A stretch of 64,000 nucleotides of DNA, from assembly GCF_963921235.1 (NCBI RefSeq), contig NC_086097.1:96660001-96724000 (forward strand), written 5' to 3'. The notes below the pieces were generated by a model. That model did not search any database and was not told where the DNA came from. It was given only the letters and a program-made list of their open reading frames with translations. Below, piece by piece: positions 13,945-26,440 of the stretch (positions are counted from its first letter, which is position 1; every line of letters begins with the position of its first letter). The translations under genes were made by a program, and so were the position numbers. Source of the DNA: Mobula hypostoma. Its lineage: Eukaryota.

Positions 13945-14905
13945 TAAAATATATTAAAAAGTAGTGCAAAAAGTGAGGTAGTTTTCATTGTCCATTCAGA
14001 AATCTGATGGCAGAGGGGACGAAGCTGTTCCTAAAAAAAAAAGAGGGTGTCTTCAGGCTCCTATAACTGTTCCTTGAAGGTAACAATGAAAAAAGAGCAT
14101 GTCCTGGATGCAGAAGGTCCTTAATGATGGACTCCAACTTCTTGAGGCACCGCCTTTCGAAGATATCCTCGATGATGGGGAGGATTGTGCCCAAGATGGG
14201 GCTGGCTAAGTTTATAATCCTCTACAAATGTTTCTGATCCTATACATTGTTGTCTCCATGCCAGAAGGTGATGCAACCATTCAAAATGGTCTCCACAGTA
14301 CATCTACAGAAACTTGCTAGAGTCTTTGGTGACATACCAAATCTCCTCAAAATCCTAATGAAATATAGCCACTGGCGTGCTTTCTTCATTCTGCAGCAAT
14401 ATGATGAGCCCATAATAGATCTTCAGAAACTTAAAGTGGCTCCCTCTTTCCACTGCTGACCTGACAACGAAGACTCGTCTGTGTTCTTCCAATCAGTTCC
14501 TTGGTATTAATAACATTGAGACAAGGTTGTTATTGTGACACCACTGAACCAACCTGTCTATCTCACTCCTCTATGCCTCCTCGTCACCATCTGAGATTTT
14601 GTCAATAGTTGTGTTGCTGCTGAATTTATAGATGGTGTTTGTGCTGTGCCTAGCACACAGTCATGAGTGCAGAGAGAGTAGCGTAGTAGGCTAAGCACAC
14701 CTCCTTGAGGTCTTCCTATATTAACCGTCAGTGAGGAGAGAACGTTATTTCCGATCCACACTTACTGTGGTCTCCTGATGAGGAAAATCAAGGATCCCGT
14801 TGCAGGGGGAGGTACAGAGGCCCAGGTTTTGAAGCTTGTTGATTAGCACTGATGGTGGATGAAGGTGTTGGAATTTGAGCTCTAATTAATAAACAACCTG
14901 ACATA
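13945..14905 (-). mobile_element. Rex1/Babar-type LINE 3' fragment (second adjacent copy)
   Basis: C-terminal peptide IIKDLLHPGHALFSLLPSRNSYRSLKT...FRNSFVPSAIRFLN; G.PQG..LS.L.YSL.THDCV. Confidence 0.82.
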
Positions 14906-15669
14906 GGTAGCAAGGATCCATCTCCACACTTCATTCTGATTCCAACGTATGTCTTCATTCAGTCCATTCAAAGCAGGCAACAAGTACGAGGAGACAATCA
15001 AAAGCTGACAGAGATTCATTTGAATGGCTCAGTTGGCTCAGACTGGGTAGTCAAGCTTGGCACTTGGAATTGATTCCAAAAGAGCGTGGTATCTACTATT
15101 TATAGATCAGAGTCCAACTTGTTTTATTATTTCAGGAAAAATCAGTGTAGACTGTTATTTGTTGCTGTGAATCATTGGAAATCAGTTCTCATTCCACTGA
15201 AGGGTCTTACATCAAAATGTCAATTGTCCATTTCACTCCACAGATGCTGCCTGACCCACTGAGTTTCCTTAAGCATTATTGCCCTAATTCAAAAACCTTT
15301 GAAATTCTCCCAGTCATTTTATCAGTCTACTTAGTATTTTGGAATACTAGTTCTTTCAAAAGAATCCAATATAATCCTTTTAATTTCCAGACAATTCCAT
15401 CTAATGCATATCAATCTCTACGTCAAAAGAAATGTAGTGGTTAATTTTTGACAGCAGTTGTATAGTACTTTGACCTGTTCACTGTGAACTGTGGAGTTAG
15501 AGCACATTTGACAAATACTTCTTACAATCACATGGTCATGAGTTGTTTCTGCTCCCTCCCCCAGTACTTTCTTGGCAACCCTGACGCATTTTAAATAAAT
15601 TAAAGCTGAAGGTGGAAGCAGTGAGAAGCTGATGCCTAGATGATAATTACTTAACGCAGGATATAGTGT

Positions 15670-16240
15670 GGAGCCAAATAATCAGAATTCAGTAGTAAGG
15701 AAGGCAAATGCAATGTTAGCACTCATTTCAAAAGGACTAGAACATAAAGCACGAATGTAATTGTGAGGCTTTGCAAGTCGTTGTTCAGACCGCATCTGGA
15801 AACATACCGAGCAATTTTGGGCTGAAACTATGAGGAGTGGTTGAGGTCCGTGGACCTATACTCAATATAGGTCAGAGAATGAGAGGAAATCTCTGATACC
15901 TATAGGCTGGGATAGAATTGACATGGACAAAATGTCCTATTAATAGGAGAGTCCTGGATTTGAGAGCATAGCCTTAGAATAAAGAGACATCCATTTCAAG
16001 CAGAGAAGAGGAATTTCTTCAGCCAGAGGGTGGTGAATCTGTGGATTTTATTTCCATAGAGGGCTGTGGAGGTCAAGTCATTGGGTGTATTTAAGGCAAG
16101 GTTGATTGGTAAGTGAGTTAAGGGATAGAGGTGGGAGAATGGAGTTGATTAAAAAAAAATCAGCAACTGCCATGATTGAATGGCAGAGAAGAACCAATGG
16201 GCCAAATGACTTAAATCTGCTCTGATATTTTATGGTCTTT
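15670..16240 (+). mobile_element. CR1 LINE 3' end, decayed
   Basis: aaggcaaatgcaatgttagc..., aatttcttcagccagagggtggtgaatctgtgg and a CR1-type tail. Confidence 0.75.
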
Positions 16241-16374
16241 AGTAGGAACCACTTCTTATGTTACCTGCACTCTCCCAGCAAATTGTGGTCAGGCAGGCCT
16301 GATCAGGTTCCAGAATACCGAGCTGGTGCATTTATTTGTAAAGTATCCACCTGGCTTAATCCAATCCAAGTCCG

Positions 16375-16515
16375 TGGACAAACAAGAGGAAAATCTGCAG
16401 ATGTTGGAAATCCAAGCAAAACATACAAAATGCTGGAGGAACTCAGAAGGTCAGGCAGCATCTATAGAAATGAATGAACAATCGACATTTCGGGCCAAGA
16501 GCCTTCTTCAGGACC
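16375..16515 (-). repeat. Penelope terminal repeat with partly decayed hammerhead (CUGAAGA...GAAAU GUC)
   Basis: aaatgctggaggaactcagaaggtcaggcagcatctat...gacatttcgggccaagagccttcttcaggac. Confidence 0.75.
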
Positions 16516-16544
16516 CACACCACCGAGTTCAAGAACAGTCATAA

Positions 16545-17270
16545 GGCAATACATTTTGACAAGTCAAACGGGGGTAGAATATAGACAATACATAGTAGGA
16601 TGGTAAGGAATGCTGTTGAATCCAAGGACTTTTGGATTCCAGTCCACTGTCACTTCAAGTGTCAATGCAGGTCAATAGGGTAGTGAAGGAGGCATAGGGC
16701 ATGCTTTCCGTCATAGGCTGGGACACAGGATATACTGAGATGTTTTGTTGCAATTTGTCAAAACACCAGTTAGACTCACTTGTAGTGTTGTACATAGTTC
16801 TGCTCGCCACACTACAGGAAAGATGTGATTATGCTGAAGAGAATGCAGAGGAAATTCACCACGATATTGCCTGAATTGAAGGACTTTAGTTATGAGCAGA
16901 AATGGATATGTCTGAAGCAAAGGAAGACTTCTATATAAAATTATCAGAGGAGGATAGGGTGGATGGATAGACATGTTTTTCTCCCTCCCATGGCTGGAGT
17001 ATTAAAGACAAGAGGGCAGAGGTTTAAAGTAAGGGGAAAGTATTTCAAAGGGGATTAGAGGAAAAGGTTTTTGTATTTAAAAAAAACAAATCAGAGTGAT
17101 TGATATCCGGAAGTCACTGCCAGCGGAGGCTGCTATAATCACCATGTACCTACAGATAGCTGAGTTGGTACTTAATTAGACAAGGCATATAAGGTTATGG
17201 ATACTAGAAATGGGCAAAAAGGTCACTTTGGATAAGGTCCTGTTTCTTCACTGTACAGCGCTATGATTCA
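16545..17270 (+). mobile_element. CR1 LINE 3' end (different subfamily), decayed
   Basis: CR1 C-terminal pattern (tgtacatagttctgctcgccacactacaggaaagatgtg...; acaagagggcagaggtttaaagtaagggg). Confidence 0.7.
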
Positions 17271-19219
17271 GTTTCAGAAGTAGCTGCCTGTAGTTTGTAG
17301 TTCTCCCCATTTCCATCCACAAAAATTGACTTACTGAGCCTGCACTTGGGAGATTCAATGTTAGGTCCCTTCTCCAACACGTGTTGCAGTTACAGATCTT
17401 TCAAAATCCTTGAGGTAAAAACACCCCAGGCTGATATTTTTAACCCATTTTTGTCATGCCAATTCCACTTTGAGGTGTCGTGGTCAACTGCAATGTACTC
17501 AAAGACGATGTTGGGATACTGCTGTAGGTTAACTCACAATATTAAGGGGCACAGGAGTTTCAAACAAGGTTCTTGCTACATCATCAAAGTTGCATGCCTA
17601 ACATAGAGAGAACAAAAGGTGTATAGAATCATAGAGAGATACAGAACAACAGAATAGAAACAAACCTCTCAGCCCACGGATCCACAATGACCAATCCCCC
17701 CCCCACCCCACCCAATTTATACTTTTGTTGGCAGGGCAGGTTAAGAAAACAGTTCAAGATTCTGGGCTTTATAAATAAGAGCACAGAACATAATAGCAAG
17801 CAATTTTGATAAAATCAAGGGCCTTTGATAAAATACTGGCTCAATCACCATGAGTAGTGAGCCTGAACATCTGACTGAACATTTGCCCCCCACTTACTAC
17901 TTTGTTGTGGCCACAACGGGTAGACTGCTGAGTTTGCAGCTATTTCTACACTGCTAAGCCATTATCAGGCTGTGTACAGGTTACATCACCAACTGCTGAC
18001 TGCCCAAGCTAAGAATGTGAATTGCTTTTGGAGCCAGACATTCAGCTGAAATTCAGTGTCCAAAGCAGGCTTTGGTTACCAGTTCTTGCATCCACCTCAA
18101 GCCTCATTTCTTGCCAAAATACCCAACAACCTAGCTGAGGAAAAAGATGATTGTTGTCTCTTCTTGGTATCACAAGCCTTTAGAGTTAATGAAGGTGATG
18201 TTATTAATATACAGTCCACTCTGAATGGATTAACTAGCTGCCCACTTCCAACCAACTGGCACTTCATCTACCATTCTAAATACAGATGCTTTCCACTGCC
18301 CATTTGATACGGCTGCCATAGGTATCATCATGAAAATGAAAGTAACAACTCACCAAGGTTGTTAACAGAGCACAGCCCAAAAGCTGAAATCTCTACCATG
18401 GGCAAAGGATGCAAAGACATCACTATCTGCAAATATGCTAGAAACCGTACACTATCCTGATGGAAATTTATTGCTACTGCTACACCATCATTTTGTCCAT
18501 ATCTTGGCTTGAAATTGGGTCTAACCAATGGCAGGCTCAAGTGACTGAAGTTCAAGGAGAGTGAGTTGGGCAGTAGATGCTGGTCTTGTCAACAATGCCC
18601 ACATTTCATTCATAAAGAAAAATACCATAGTACAGAAAGATATTAGGGTTTTACAGTGAGTGGAGAAAAGAATTAATGACATGAGGAATTGCAGGAAACA
18701 GGATTTAGGATTGTGAACAGAAAGTTGGGGTTCTTCTTAAAGCAGTAATGGAACACAAAAGAATTATTTAAAATCATAACACATTTAAGAATAAGGAACA
18801 AAGTCATAGATTGAAGGTAATTGGCAAAATACAAAGGCAAGATGAGATTATTTTTATGTAATGAGCTGCTGTATCAGAAAGGACTGGCTGGATAGGTGGT
18901 GGAAGCATTTTAAAAATAATTTACACAGAGAATTTGGATAAACACACTTGGAGGATTTGGAGTTTGATAGGGTGAGATAACCGGAATAATTCTCTGGAAG
19001 AACTGGCTAGAAATAAGCCAGGTTGCCTGCAGCACTCATTTAATACTTTGAAGCCAGTGACTGATAAGGTTCAGTCTACTGACCTTCAGAAGTCAGCTAC
19101 CATGGGGATAAGATACACAGTTCAAACATGATGAAAGCAGTATACATAATGACATACAGACACTAGGGAGCGATTACAACACTAAATTAATGAGTAATCA
19201 GCAAACAATTCAAGCCAAA

Positions 19220-19445
19220 GGTAGGAACAGCTTCTTCCACTCTGCCATCTGATTTCTGAATGGACATTCAACCCATGAACACTACCTCACTACTTCATTA
19301 TTTCTATTTTTGGCACTAATTATTTAACTATTTGAGATGTATGTATACTGTAATTCAGTTTTTTGCTCTATTATTAGGTATTGCATTGTACTGCTGCCAC
19401 AAAGTTAACATAATTATGTATGCCAGTCATATTAAACCTGATTTT
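19220..19445 (+). repeat. Rex1-type LINE 3' tail
   Basis: aggaacagcttcttccactctgccatctgatttctgaatggaca...attaaacctgatt. Confidence 0.7.
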
Positions 19446-20429
19446 GAAAGGAAACCCACCCAGATGAATTGCAGAGTACAAATCTAGTGCCCCTTGTTAC
19501 AAACTATGACTGAACTGTGATTGTTCTCCTAAAAGCAAAGGGATTAAATGTAATTGAGATATTCAAAGATCAGCAAAGGATTTGATAAGAGAGCACACAA
19601 CGTGAAACTATGCATTGTCAGAAGGAAAATTAGTTATTGTAGAAAGGCTTTGAAAAAATTTTGGGATTTAGTGCTTGGAAAGGATGGTGGAAGTAGATTC
19701 AATAAATGAGGGATTTGGGTAATACATGGAAGGAAAAATATACAGGATTATGGAAAAAGATAAGGCTACTGGGATTTATTGGATAATGCTAATAAAGCAG
19801 CAGTGATACATCATTAATGTGAACCAGAGGTAGGAAAATATTCACTTTCAATTGAATCACTTGGGCCTGGGTTTCTACTTTTCTGATCAGCCTGTATGTT
19901 AAATTTTATGACATGCTTTGCTATTTTTTCATCCATCTATCTCATTACTTGCTTGAATATTTCAGTCATGCAGTCTTCAAATTAAACTGGCAAGCTGGAT
20001 TGAAAATTCACTGTGTGGGTAGGGATTTTAGTTTGTGGTGGGCTTTAGTGGAGTTTTGTATCAGGAGCTCCCTTTTATGATATGCATCCAGTTGTGATGT
20101 CGGGAGGAAATCTTGTTGCTGATTAGTTGCGTGACAAACTTGGTGCATTGTTGTCTGGAATTATGCCTGCATTGGCTCATAAGTAGAAGCCAAGTCAACA
20201 TGTTTGTTTACAGAATTGTTCGTGGAAAACTACGCTTCTAGGAATTCTCTTGCATGCTGTACATTTACTTGCACCATGACTTTAACTGATGCCTGGTTGA
20301 ATTTGAGCCTCTCTCGATCTTCACATCGCAACTGAGTTTCCGAAAAGACGACCAATCAGCCGAATGACAAGTATATAATGGCCAAGCATTTGGACGACAC
20401 ACAATTAACAGCGTACTGATGATGGCTCC

Positions 20430-20570
20430 CTTCCTTTCCAGTTCCGAAAAAGAGTCTTGGCCCAAAACATTGAATTCAGTTTCATAGATGCTACCTGACC
20501 TGCTGAATTTCTGTGGGATTTTCTGTGTTGCTTTGGGTTTCTAGCATCTGCAGAATTTCTCATGTTCATG
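20430..20570 (+). repeat. Penelope terminal repeat, decayed hammerhead
   Basis: catagatgctacctgacctgctgaatttc...ccagcatctgcag-like tail. Confidence 0.65.
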
Positions 20571-20985
20571 ATCTAAAGTGATGACAGAGTAATATCTCAA
20601 TGCCTCTCCTGAAAGCTGAATTGACAAACTCATAGCTTGATATGTGACTGATACATTCAGATCGTAAATGCTTTGGGTGGTGACCCTCGTGTTGTTGGCA
20701 CAGGGCTCTTCATTCTATCCCCGAAGCAGCACTATACTTGGCTATAACTTCTTTACAGTTTAAGAACCTGTTGATACTCATTGTTCATGCCAACACATCA
20801 GGGGTGGCTGCTTGGAGCAGAAGGTGAACCAGAACCCACTGAACTGTACATTGTTCAAAGGGAGGGCAGACAGGATAGAAATCTGCCACCTGATTGAGAT
20901 AGAAAGGATTATGGATACAAGAATTTGAAGCAACTAACTCCAAACTGCTGGAAGAACTCATCAGGTCAGGCAGACTTTATAGAGG

Positions 20986-21697
20986 TGTAAGGGGTTTCTT
21001 CTTTCATGTTACTGCGAAGGTTAACAAAATTGCTTCTTTGTTATGTTATAACTAAAATGGCTTTTCTGTAATAATAACTGCGATGTAAGGAGTTCTCTCT
21101 CTCTCTCTCTCTGCTTGTTTGGGTTATATTATTGATAAGAGAGAGAACGAACCAATTGGGATAGATGTTATTCTTTCTTGTGTGTCTGTAAGCTATTTTT
21201 GAGGCAGAAAGCGCAATGGGGACAGAGAGAGGAGATGTGATGCTGTGACCCTGGGCGGCGGGACCGACCCTGAGCGGGAGTCCGAGACCCAGGGTCTTCG
21301 GCGAGGAGAAGAGACGAAGACAGACTCGTGTGGAGCGTCTGGTCAACCACCGTGGCTGGTCCCAGGTGGCGGGTCGAGGGGGTCGGAGGGGATCGAATGG
21401 TGGAAAGACGACTCCATTAATCGAGCTCCGACTGTTGTGCACAAGTGGTTGAACTTTGATAAGTCTAGCGCCTTTTATTTTCCTTTTATATTTTATCTCT
21501 ATTAATTACACAGTTCCAGTAAGATCTATAAAGTGTAATCATTTAATCGCATATGGTGTATTGTCTGTTATTCGGCGGGGTGGGGTACAATCGCACAGCA
21601 CCCACACAAACTTGATTACCCATTCTGGTGGGGCCAAAGGCTGCTCCCCCTAGACGAAAGCGAGTTGAGCGAGTCTAAGGCTTACTAGGGGGCTACA
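20986..21697. mobile_element. Solo LTR (712 bp), inserted into a decayed Penelope terminal repeat
   Basis: TGTA...TACA termini; 4-bp flanks GAGG/GAAG (one mismatch); CpG-rich. The flanks rejoin into a continuous Penelope-type repeat (~20920-20985 plus 21698-21820). Confidence 0.75.
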
Positions 21698-21894
21698 GAA
21701 GTAAAGGGACAGTCAGTGTTTCAGGTCAAGGTCCTGATTCAGAACTGGTGCAGGTCCTGGTGGAAGGCATCAACCATCATCTCTTTAGCTGCATGACCTA
21801 AGGCCTTCCAGCAGTTTGGTTTATTTGCCCCCACCTGATACTGAATATGCTTTTACTTATTAATCAGCAAGCTTTATCACCACCAATTCACTTA

Positions 21895-21917
21895 CTGTAA
21901 AATTTCTATTTCCATAG
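21895..21917 (+). promoter_or_regulatory. Candidate 3' splice site for the BORG-like coding exon (exon would start at 21918)
   Basis: Pyrimidine tract followed by TAG|G, 98 nt before the ATG. Confidence 0.65.
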
Positions 21918-22015
21918 GATCGGGTTACCAGACCACAACTTCTCCAGGATATTCATTATCTTTTTCAAGACCCTTCGTAATAATTAAACTTTTGAAACCT
22001 ACTGGTCGTTACAAA

Positions 22016-22615
22016 ATGTCTGTCAAATCGCCCATCTATCTCAAAACTGTGTTGACTAAAAAGGGCAAGAAGCCAAAACTGCGTGAAGTCCTATCAGCAG
22101 ACATGATCAGCCCACCTCTGGGAGATTTTCACCACAAATTGCACATTGGCAGGAGAGGAGAGGGTGATACGTTTGGAGATCTGTCCTTCCTACAAGGCCA
22201 GGATGACCTTCTGTCCTCCATGAGTACATCGAAAGATCCAAGGGACGTGGCACCCCCTAAACCCCCTCGACTACACCTAGGAGAGCCCAATGACACAACT
22301 GCTGTCAATTCTACACAGGCAACCTCTGAGTCTCCAGATAACCAACCACCAACTCTTTACTCACCCTCCGTACAATACCACCTGCTGGAGGCATCTGAGG
22401 AAGCCCCACCAGATGACAAGCAGATAGATGACAAAGACCAGCAACGAACTGAAGGTGAAGGAGGATGGGAGTGCTCAGCTCAGAGAGGAATGGATGACTC
22501 TCATTCAAGCCCTTCTGAATATATGTTTCAATTTGAATTGGATTTGGGGCCTTCGATACTGGAAGATGTTCTCAAAATAATGGATAATCACAAATCCATA
22601 ACATCGCAGCAGTAA
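22016..22615 (+). CDS. CDC42 effector protein (BORG/CDC42EP2/3-like), 199 aa, single coding exon; probable positional ortholog of C15orf62
   Basis: Intact [13 protein letters not shown]...[31 protein letters not shown] (CRIB, 22106-22150)[11 protein letters not shown], then [10 protein letters not shown] and [20 protein letters not shown] has A at -3. Splice acceptor tttctatttccatAG at 21916-21917 lies ~100 nt upstream, as is typical of BORG genes. Confidence 0.93.
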   Translation: MSVKSPIYLKTVLTKKGKKPKLREVLSADMISPPLGDFHHKLHIGRRGEGDTFGDLSFLQGQDDLLSSMSTSKDPRDVAPPKPPRLHLGEPNDTTAVNSTQATSESPDNQPPTLYSPSVQYHLLEASEEAPPDDKQIDDKDQQRTEGEGGWECSAQRGMDDSHSSPSEYMFQFELDLGPSILEDVLKIMDNHKSITSQQ

Positions 22616-24046
22616 CGCTACACTGACTGCTTGACTTTAAGATGGTGAATTAAAAGTCTTCGGATATTGAACACAATAGCAACAATTTGCCTTAGGCAAC
22701 CAAACCTATCCAAGGAGAACAAATTAATAAATAGTGATTGAAATTCTGATTAAATATATAGATATGATTGACTCCTTAGACTCATCTGCAATGAGATTTG
22801 CAAAGCAGGATTTCAGCATTGTATACTGAGCACACTTTGATTCCTCCTCCAGTTATCGTCTTCATTAAAGTAGCTGGAAGTATGGTGACATAGCAACAGA
22901 GACACAGAAGTAAAACACTTCAACAGAATTTTTTTTCATCTTCTAAATAAAGTCTAACCAACAGAAAGACTTAAATCCACAGTTTCATTCAAAGATGAAA
23001 TAGAGTAGGGAAAAAGACATGCCAAATTGGAATTGCATACAAAGCACTTCAAAAAATTAGGTTCAGCCATGGAGTTAGCACAGTGCAGAGAAAACTTTAC
23101 CTTCTATATTCGAAGCGTATTGCTTACTGATGTCATCACACCTGCCATAATTAAATAGTGCTCAAATTCCTCTGTTTTCCTTCATATTACTTAACATTAT
23201 TTCAGTCCTGTTCTAATAGTTTGGTGAAATAGGTTGAAAGGCCTCCAGTTCCTATATTCCAGAGCCAATTATAGCCCCCCTCAAAGTTGCGTAAATAACA
23301 ATGTGGCTTATACCATACTTCCCTTTAAAAAAAAGTTAATATTCCATTAAACCAATGCTCCAAAGGCAAAAGGGAAAACAACAGGAACACCAGGATTCAG
23401 AAAATAATGATACTCACTTCAGAAAAGGCACACAAAAGATGTACTTTTAATATATTTAAGTACTAATGATAAGAGCTGCACCAGTAACAAAAGGGTGCCA
23501 ATGAGTTAATGGGCTACTGTAAGTTACCTATTAACACAGGCAGTAGCAGAATAAAAACACTTAATGAGCAGGTGAGAGGAATAAATTGCAGTGTTACAAG
23601 GAAATGAGGGAATGGGAATGAGACTGATAGAATTGTTCTATTGGTAGCTGACATGGATCTGTGTCATAATAAATAAATATTTTCTCAAATATTGCAAAGT
23701 TTGCTGCTGAAATATTGTAGAACTGATGGTGAAATTAAAACTAGTCCACACCTTGCTCCACATGTCCAGTTATAGATTTAGATACACTGCCTACCAAAGC
23801 ACCTGCCTAGTACCCTGGGGACCCTGATCCTTTCTATAGCGCACACAGGACCTCTAGTGGTAGAAGAGCTGTCATGGTAGCAGATAGCTCAGTCCTGCAT
23901 TGTTTCTCATTCCAACTCTGTCCTCAAGACATGCACAAACTCCCTCCTCTTCTCACATTATTTATTATTACATTTTTCAGAGGTTAATTTAAAGATTTGA
24001 ATCTGTATTAAATATCACTATAATACTATGTAAAAATGGTGATTCA

Positions 24047-24052
24047 AATAAA
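24047..24052 (+). terminator. Candidate distal polyadenylation signal (AATAAA) of the BORG-like gene
   Basis: AATAAA ending an AT-rich, apparently repeat-free ~1.45 kb stretch after the stop codon. Alternative AATAAA sites include 22726 and 22946. Confidence 0.45.
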
Positions 24053-24439
24053 CGTAAAAAAATTCAAGCTTTTATCGTGCAAAGTCAATTATTTTTCCAC
24101 ACCAAAGTCGACAGAGGCAAGGGAGATGCAGGTGATGATATGGTGATGACAAAGTTGAGGTTATTAGTCTAGAAATACAGGATACCATGTGTTCTCTGAA
24201 TTAACAATGCTTAATCAAAATGTTGGATCCAAAGCTCTTCTAACAATGCTACACTTTCCTAGCCCTGTTCAATTGCAGAAGTCTTGAAACTTTGAGTCCA
24301 CAACCTTCAGACCGACTTGTCGACATTGAATCTGTGGTCCCCTTGACCTGAAGCACAAATTTTCCTTCTGCACCAAGCTCAGGTATACTGTATACAGCAC
24401 ATACAATTTCAGTGTGCCTCATGCATACAGTATGAATTC

Positions 24440-24679
24440 AGCCAGAGACTCATTCCACCGAGATGCAACACAGAGCGTCATAGGAAGTCATTCCTGCCTG
24501 TGGCCATCAAACTTTACAACTCCTCCCTTGGAGGGTCAGACACCCTGAGCCAATAGGCTGGTCCTGGACTTATTTCCTGGCATAATTTACATATTACTAT
24601 TTAACTATTTATGGTGCAACTGTAACGAAAACCAATTTCCCCCGGGATCAATAAAGTATGACTGTGACTATGACTATGA
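24440..24679 (+). mobile_element. Rex1-type LINE extreme 3' end with (TATGAC)n-like tail
   Basis: Open frame SQRLIPPRCNTERHRKSFLPVAIKLYNSS; ends ggatcaataaagtatgactgtgactatgactatga. Confidence 0.75.
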
Positions 24680-25040
24680 TGAACCAACAGTACTACTGGA
24701 GATGCAGCCTTTATCATATTGATGAGGAATTCTACCCTTGAACTAATTGTGAAATTTTCTGTTCCTCTTAATCCACTGAATTTGCTGTGATATCAGGCAC
24801 CAAGTCTATGTTACTAAAGCACTTCTCAGATATTCAGGTGCATGTAGATCCTTACAAAGTTTTCCTCCTTTTTATAGGCCAGAAGTAAATGAGGAGCATT
24901 CTGAGAGTTTTCAAATCAGAATCTAATTGTATAACAGCCTGAAATATCCATCAGTTACTTTGTGGCTCAGGATGTTTGCCCTGGTGTTGGTGAACTGGTG
25001 TATTCCAGACCTTAATTGCTCACTAAATTCCACATATCAA

Positions 25041-25147
25041 CACCACACGTCCTGCCAAAGAGTCCCAGCCTGAAATGTCGACTGTACTCTTTTCTATTGA
25101 TGCTGCCTAGCCAAGGCTGAGTTCCTCCAGTGTTTTTTGTGTGTTGA
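25041..25147 (+). mobile_element. Short Penelope terminal-repeat insertion with 11-bp TSD
   Basis: ccacatatcaa duplicated at 25030-25040 and 25148-25158; decayed hammerhead inside. Confidence 0.78.
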
Positions 25148-25224
25148 CCACATATCAAGAACCAGTACTTCAGCTAACAATTCACAGCCCCCGTAGCAAT
25201 AACAAGACTACAAGCTCACTGGGT

Positions 25225-26440
25225 GAACAACCTTAGCTCAACTATAAAGACATCAAAATGCATACATCAGAATGCTCTTATCCACTGCAGCTCAGCATTC
25301 AATAACATCATTCCCACAAAACTAATCAACAAGCTTCAAGACCTTGATCTCAATACCCAATTGTGCAATTGGATCCTCGCTTTCCTCACTTGCAGATCCC
25401 AGTCAGTTTGGACTGGCAACAACAACTCCTGCACGACTTCCATCAGTACAGGTGTACCATAAACCTATGAGCTTAATCCCCTGCTCTACGCACTATGTGG
25501 CTAAACACAACTACAATGCCAAATTCAGGTTTGCTGATGACACCACTGTTGTGAGCCAAATCAAAGGTGGTGATGAATCAGCATATAGGAGAGAGACAAT
25601 GATATTATAACAACCACCTCTCACTCAATGTCAGCAAGACCAAGGAACTGATTATAAACTTCAGGAGAGGGAAACCAGAGGTCTATAAGCCAGTTCTTAT
25701 CCGAGGATCAGAGGTGGAGAGGATTAGCAACTTTAAATTCCTAGGTGTTATTATTTTGGAGGATCTGTCCCGGACCAAGCAGGCAAGTGCAATTATGAAG
25801 AAAGCACGGAAGCTTTCTTTGGAGTTTGCAGAGATTCAGCACATTATCTAAAACTTTGACAAACTTCTATAGATGTGTAGTATAGAATATTACTGGTTAC
25901 ATCACAGCCTGCTTTGGAAACACGGGGGCACTTGAACGGAAAATCCTACAAAATGCAGTGGGTTTGACTCAGTTCATCACAGGTAAATCCCTCCTAACCG
26001 TTGAGCACATCTACATGATCGCTGTTGCACTAAAGCAACATCCATCATCAGGGACCCTCACCACTATGGACATGCTCTCTTCTTGCTGCTGCCATCAGGA
26101 AGGTGGTACACCAGCCTCTGGACTCACACCACGAGGCCCCTGAACCAAAGGCGATAACTTCATTCAACTTCACTTGCCTCATCACTGAAATGTTCCCACA
26201 ACTAATGGACTCACTTTCAAGGACTCTTTATCTCATGCTCGTGGTATTTATTGCTTATTTATTTATATTATTGTTTCTTCTTTTGCATTTGAACAGTTTG
26301 TCGTCTTTTGCACTTTGGTTAAATGTCCTAGCTGGGTGGTCTTGCATTGTTTCTATTATATTTATTATTCTCTAGATTTGTTGAGTATGCCCACAAGAAA
26401 ATGATATATGGTGACATATGTACTTCAATAATAAAATTTA
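25225..26440 (+). mobile_element. Rex1/Babar-type LINE RT and 3' end, decayed
   Basis: Peptides [26 protein letters not shown] and KFRFADDTTVV. Confidence 0.85.

Noticed and set aside
20341..20430. CCAAT (20352) plus TATATAA (20372) as the promoter of the nested gene
   Set aside because: The spacing is tight, and the block runs into a CTGATGA motif and a Penelope repeat, so it more likely belongs to a retroelement remnant. Not excluded without CAGE data.
21041..21653. Several 60-133 aa ORFs
   Set aside because: They lie inside the solo LTR and show no recognisable protein motifs.
21992..22015. N-terminal extension (MKPTGRYK) of the BORG-like ORF in the ORF track
   Set aside because: Starts at TTG; the ATG at 22016 has good context and matches the family N-terminus (M..K.PIYLK).
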